64,000 nt of DNA from Parasphingopyxis sp. (GTDB taxonomy: Bacteria > Pseudomonadota > Alphaproteobacteria > Sphingomonadales > Sphingomonadaceae). Both the position numbers and the translations under genes were made by a program. Below the pieces are notes generated by a model, which searched no databases, was not told the DNA's origin, and was given only the letters and a program-made list of their open reading frames with translations. The DNA lies in NCBI RefSeq assembly GCF_052168275.1, contig NZ_JBQLZM010000135.1, positions 2,509 to 66,508 on the forward strand, in the 5' to 3' direction. Positions 59,951-64,000 of this stretch are shown piece after piece; the first letter of the stretch is position 1, and each line of letters opens with the position of its first letter.

Positions 59951-59979
59951 TTGCGCCTTTTGCGGCTTGCCACTAAGCG
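59951..59979 (+). promoter_or_regulatory. Possible sigma70 promoter for ndk
   Basis: TTGCGC-N17-TAAGCG about 40 nt upstream of the ndk ATG. Confidence 0.4.
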
Positions 59980-60021
59980 GGCCGGAAATTCCCCTCATCA
60001 TCCATCGGAGTTCAGCCCATC

Positions 60022-60444
60022 ATGGCCGTGACACGCACTTTCTCCATCATCAAACCCGACGCCACGCGCCGCAACCTGACGGGCGCGGTCACCAAGATGC
60101 TCGAAGAGGCCGGCCTGCGGGTCGTCGCCTCGAAGCGCATCCGGATGACGCAGGAACAGGCCGAAGGATTCTATGCGGTCCACAAGGAACGGCCCTTCTT
60201 CGGCGATCTCGTCGAATTCATGACCTCCGGCCCCGTAGTCGTGCAGGTGCTCGAAGGCGAGGACGCCGTCGCCCGCAACCGCAAGATCATGGGCGCGACG
60301 AACCCCACCGATGCCGACGAGGGCACGATCCGCAAGACCTACGCGGAATCGATCGAGGCCAATTCGGTCCACGGCTCGGACAGCGACGAGAATGCCGCGA
60401 TCGAGATCGCGTTCTTCTTCGCCGATCACGAAATCGTCGGCTAG
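60022..60444 (+). CDS. ndk: Nucleoside diphosphate kinase
   Basis: [41 protein letters not shown]. Confidence 0.97.
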   Translation: MAVTRTFSIIKPDATRRNLTGAVTKMLEEAGLRVVASKRIRMTQEQAEGFYAVHKERPFFGDLVEFMTSGPVVVQVLEGEDAVARNRKIMGATNPTDADEGTIRKTYAESIEANSVHGSDSDENAAIEIAFFFADHEIVG

Positions 60445-60447
60445 GCG

Positions 60448-61407
60448 TTATTCAAGAAACTCGGCGAGAGGCTGGAGCTTTTTCGGCGCGACGAAGCTCC
60501 AGCTCTTTCTGAGCCAACCCGCGATATGATCCCAGTCGACCGCGCCGCTATCGAGCCGGATCGCGATCCAGCCTGACGGGCCGTAATAGGCGGGGCGATA
60601 ATAGAGATCGGGCTCGGCCTCGATCAGCGCCGCCTGCTCGTCGACCCCGCTCGTCTTGACGAGCAGCGCGATCGCGTCCTCGCCATGATGGCGAACCGAG
60701 ACATAGGCGAAGAATTTGCCGGTTTTCTCGCTGCCGACCCGCCAACCCGGCGCGCCGTGCGACGTTTTCGCATGGGTTTCGGGCAGCGCCAGCGCCAGCG
60801 CGCCGACCTTCGCGACCAGCCAGTCCGGATCGAGCTGCCGGGAGACCAGCTCGGCGAGGACGCGCGGATAGAGCTGATGCTCCGCGATCCGGATGCGGTT
60901 CGCGAGCCGTTCGGGCGTGTCGTCCGGCAGGATCGCGACCTCGGTCTGGCCGAGGATCGGCCCGTCGTCGAGCGTCGCCGTCACCAGGTGCACGGTGCAG
61001 CCGGAAACGGCATCGCCCGCGTCCAGCGCGCGCCGATAGGTGTCGAGCCCCTTATATTTGGGGAGCAGCGAGGGATGGATGTTGAGCATCCGGCCCTCCC
61101 ACTTGCCGACAAACTCTTCCGACAGAATCCGCATATAGCCGGCGAGCACGACATAGTCGGCGCCGGCCTCGCGGATTTCGCGGTCCATGACCGCGTCGAA
61201 CGCGGCGCGCTCCATGCCCTTGTGGCTCCGGGCGAAGGTCGGCACGCCTTCGGCGGCGGCCAGCTCCAGCCCTCGCGCTCCGGGATCGTTCGCGGCGACC
61301 AGCACGATCTCGTACGGACAGTCGTCATGCTTCGCGGCGTATAGAAGGGCGGCCATGTTGGTCCCGCGCCCGGAGATCAGGACGGCGACGCGGGCGCGTT
61401 CAGCCAT
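60448..61407 (-). CDS. purN: GAR transformylase PurN fused to C-terminal YjbR/MmcQ-like domain (319 aa)
   Basis: [37 protein letters not shown], then in-frame [12 protein letters not shown]...[17 protein letters not shown]...[13 protein letters not shown]. Confidence 0.92.
   Translation of the reverse strand: MAERARVAVLISGRGTNMAALLYAAKHDDCPYEIVLVAANDPGARGLELAAAEGVPTFARSHKGMERAAFDAVMDREIREAGADYVVLAGYMRILSEEFVGKWEGRMLNIHPSLLPKYKGLDTYRRALDAGDAVSGCTVHLVTATLDDGPILGQTEVAILPDDTPERLANRIRIAEHQLYPRVLAELVSRQLDPDWLVAKVGALALALPETHAKTSHGAPGWRVGSEKTGKFFAYVSVRHHGEDAIALLVKTSGVDEQAALIEAEPDLYYRPAYYGPSGWIAIRLDSGAVDWDHIAGWLRKSWSFVAPKKLQPLAEFLE
60471..60510 (+). terminator. Likely intrinsic terminator for ndk, embedded in the antisense purN 3' end
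   Basis: GCTGGAGCTT / AAGCTCCAGC 10-bp stem followed by TCTTTCT, 26 nt after ndk stop. Confidence 0.5.
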
Positions 61408-62506
61408 TATGGGTGGCGCTCCATGCCGACCTGGCCGACCAGTCGTCGGCCGATCCGGACACCGTGCAGCCGCGATCGCCCGCGGCGACATGCCCGATCC
61501 GGTGGACCGTCTCGCCGGCCTCGGCCAGCGCCGCCGAGACCGCATCGGCCCGGTCTTCCGCCACGATCAACGCCATGCCGATCCCGCAGTTGAAGGTGCG
61601 CGCCATTTCCGCAGGTTCGATATTCCCCTGCGCCTGGAGGAAGGCCATCAGCCGGGGCTGGTCCCAGTTCGCCGCGTCGACATGGGCGTGCAGCCCGTCG
61701 CCGAGCACGCGCGGTATATTCTCGAGCAGGCCGCCGCCGGTGATATGCGCCATCGCCAGGATATCGCCGGCGCGGACGCGGGGCAGCACGGATTTGACGT
61801 ATATCCGGGTCGGCTCGATCAGCGCGTCGACGAGCAGCCGGTCCTGGTCGAACGGGGCCGGGCGGTCGAGCTTCCAGCCCTTGTCGGCCGCCAGCTTGCG
61901 GACCAGCGAATAGCCGTTGGAATGGACGCCGGAGGAGGCGATGCCGAGAATGACGTCGCCCGCCGCGACGTCGGCGCCGGTCAGCGCCTCGCCACGCTCC
62001 ACCGCGCCGACGCAGAAGCCGGCGAGATCGTAGTCGCCATCGGCATACATGCCGGGCATCTCGGCGGTCTCGCCCCCGATCAGCGCGCATCCGGCCTGCT
62101 TGCAGCCCTCGGCGATCCCCGCGACGACGCGTTCGGCGACGCCGGTGTCGAGCTTCCCGGTCGCGAAATAGTCGAGGAAGAAAAGCGGTTCCGCGCCCTG
62201 CACGATCAGGTCGTTGACGCACATCGCGACGAGATCGATGCCGATTCTGTCGTGCCGGTCATGTTCGATCGCCAGCTTGACCTTGGTGCCGACGCCGTCG
62301 TTCGCCGCGACGAGCAGCGGATCGGAATAGCCGGCGGCCTTGAGATCGAAGAAGCCGCCGAAGCCGCCGAGATCGGCGTCCGCCCCCGGCCGCGCGGTGG
62401 CCCGGGCGAGCGGCGCGATCGCCTTGACCAGCGCGTTGCCGGCGGCGATCGAGACTCCGGCTTTCTCATAGCTATAGGGCTCGGGCGAATTGTGCTTGGC
62501 GTTCAT
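61400..62506 (-). CDS. purM: AIR synthetase
   Basis: [68 protein letters not shown]. Confidence 0.97.
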   Translation of the reverse strand: MNAKHNSPEPYSYEKAGVSIAAGNALVKAIAPLARATARPGADADLGGFGGFFDLKAAGYSDPLLVAANDGVGTKVKLAIEHDRHDRIGIDLVAMCVNDLIVQGAEPLFFLDYFATGKLDTGVAERVVAGIAEGCKQAGCALIGGETAEMPGMYADGDYDLAGFCVGAVERGEALTGADVAAGDVILGIASSGVHSNGYSLVRKLAADKGWKLDRPAPFDQDRLLVDALIEPTRIYVKSVLPRVRAGDILAMAHITGGGLLENIPRVLGDGLHAHVDAANWDQPRLMAFLQAQGNIEPAEMARTFNCGIGMALIVAEDRADAVSAALAEAGETVHRIGHVAAGDRGCTVSGSADDWSARSAWSATHNG

Positions 62507-62568
62507 GTTTATAGCGACTAGCCACATCGCTCTTGGATTTCCACGGCCAAGTCGCCAAAAGGCCCACA

Positions 62569-63852
62569 ATGCATTTCGTAATCCGTAATCTGAAAAAGCT
62601 GTTGGTGCTCGCACTCGCCGGTATCGGCGCGACGGGCATCCTGCTCGCGCAGCAGACGCGGGATAATTCGCGCGACTTCGGGTTCGACGCGGGGGCCAGC
62701 TACGAAGTCACCGGAATCACGGTCGACGCGTCCGGCGAGGATGCCGAAGAGGCGCGGCGCAACGCCTGGGAACAGGCGCAGCGCGAAGGCTGGCGGATGC
62801 TCTATGCGCGGGTTAATGGCGGGCCCGCGTCCCGGGCGCCCAATCTCAGCGATTCGTCGCTGAGCGCCGTCGTCACCGGAATCATCGTCGAGGAAGAGCA
62901 GATCGGCCCGACGCGCTATGTCGCGCGGCTCGGCGTGATGTTCGATCGCGCGCGCGTCAGCCGCTATCTGGGCGTGTCCGGCGTCATCCGCCGCTCGCCG
63001 CCGATGCTGGTCCTGCCCGTGCAATGGGTGGGCAGCACGCCGACGAGCTTCGAGGAACGCACGCCCTGGGAGCGCGCCTGGCTGCGCTTCCGGTCCGGCG
63101 AGAGCCCGATCGACTATGTCCGCGCCAGCGGCACCGGACCGACCCCGCTGCTGCTCACCGTCGGCCAGACCGGGCGGCCCGGGCGCGGCTGGTGGCGGTT
63201 CCTGCTCGATTCCTACGGCGCGGCCGATGTCGTCGTGCCGGTCGTCCATCTTCATTATGCCTATCCGGGCGGCCCGGTGTACGGCCGCTTCGTGGCCTAT
63301 CACGGCCCCGACCGGCGTAAGATCGCGCAATTCTCGCTGCGCGTCCGCAGTTCGGAAAGTCTCGACCAGCTGCTCGACGAAGGCGTGCGGCGGATCGACG
63401 CCGCCTATACCCAAGCGCTCGAGGACGGCCGGCTGCGCCCCGATCCGTCGCTGAACTTCGAGTTCGGGATCGACGAGGAGGCGTTGGAAGAGGCGCTGGA
63501 CGAGCTCCAGGGCAGCGTCGCGGCCGCCGACACGCCGCCGGCCGAACAGGCCGTCAACACCGAACAGGCCACGGCGACCGGCCGCTATACAATACAGGTC
63601 GTGACGCCGGACGCCAACGCGGTGCGCAACAGCGAGGCGCTGGTCCGCGGCACGCCGGGCGTGCGCGGCGCGACGACGTCGAGCCTTGCGATCGGCGGCG
63701 TATCGCTGATGGAGGTCAATTATATCGGCGATCTCGATACGCTCGCATCGGCGCTGGCGGCGCGCGGGTTCCAGGTTCAGCGCGGCGCCGGGACGTTGCG
63801 GATCAGCCGGGGCGGCGGTTCCGAGGGATCGGATACGCCCGACGGCCCATGA
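62569..63852 (+). CDS. Exported hypothetical protein (DUF2066-like N-terminus, small C-terminal ferredoxin-like domain)
   Basis: Signal/TM segment, [35 protein letters not shown]; conserved position between purM and hdaA. Confidence 0.6.
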   Translation: MHFVIRNLKKLLVLALAGIGATGILLAQQTRDNSRDFGFDAGASYEVTGITVDASGEDAEEARRNAWEQAQREGWRMLYARVNGGPASRAPNLSDSSLSAVVTGIIVEEEQIGPTRYVARLGVMFDRARVSRYLGVSGVIRRSPPMLVLPVQWVGSTPTSFEERTPWERAWLRFRSGESPIDYVRASGTGPTPLLLTVGQTGRPGRGWWRFLLDSYGAADVVVPVVHLHYAYPGGPVYGRFVAYHGPDRRKIAQFSLRVRSSESLDQLLDEGVRRIDAAYTQALEDGRLRPDPSLNFEFGIDEEALEEALDELQGSVAAADTPPAEQAVNTEQATATGRYTIQVVTPDANAVRNSEALVRGTPGVRGATTSSLAIGGVSLMEVNYIGDLDTLASALAARGFQVQRGAGTLRISRGGGSEGSDTPDGP

Positions 63853-63862
63853 GCCGCCTCCG

Positions 63863-64000
63863 ATGAGCCAGATTGCGCTCCCGCTCGACTGGCCGGACGC
63901 CGGGAACGATGCGGCTTTCATCGTCGATGCGAGCAACAGCGAAGCCGTCCGCCATCTCGATCACTGGTCGTTATGGCCGGTACGGACGACCCTGCTGACC
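63863..64000 (+). CDS. hdaA: HdaA/DnaA regulatory inactivator, 3'-truncated
   Basis: N-terminal QIALPL clamp-binding-like motif, FIV..SN..A...L..W..WP; divergent purM context. Confidence 0.75.
   Translation, partial: MSQIALPLDWPDAGNDAAFIVDASNSEAVRHLDHWSLWPVRTTLLT

Overview
High-GC alphaproteobacterial chromosome segment. Gene content and synteny (ccmC-I without ccmAB, chvI-chvG-rapZ-EIIA-HPr, lptD-surA-pdxA-rsmA, purM-purN, tRNA-His with C73) point to Sphingomonadales; this is inference. Most of it is tightly packed core genome: partial tRNA-His, Leu dehydrogenase, ccm operon, ald, kup, tRNA-Met, trxB, truA-fmt/recR-def-rmuC, pckA, guaB, pepA, holC, ndk, purMN and a partial hdaA. The main specialised block is an ~18 kb exosortase A (XrtA)/PEP-CTERM-type surface polysaccharide locus (13012-31389) with a biochemically unexplained ACP / acyl-CoA ligase / PLP decarboxylase / two-hydrolase / GNAT cassette. 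Best leads: (1) a membrane alpha/beta-hydrolase, a cytochrome P450, a 31-codon micro-lipoprotein and a lipoprotein, all coupled by overlapping start/stop codons to the end of the chvI-chvG run, which lacks hprK; (2) a PurN-YjbR/MmcQ fusion; (3) probable non-canonical starts (ATT for pepA, CTG for a TrmH-family gene); (4) two families of palindromic miniature repeats; (5) a LexA box before rmuC and a CtrA-like box before the polysaccharide export gene. No transposase, integrase, prophage or CRISPR array was seen. All family assignments come from motif recognition by eye, not database searches.
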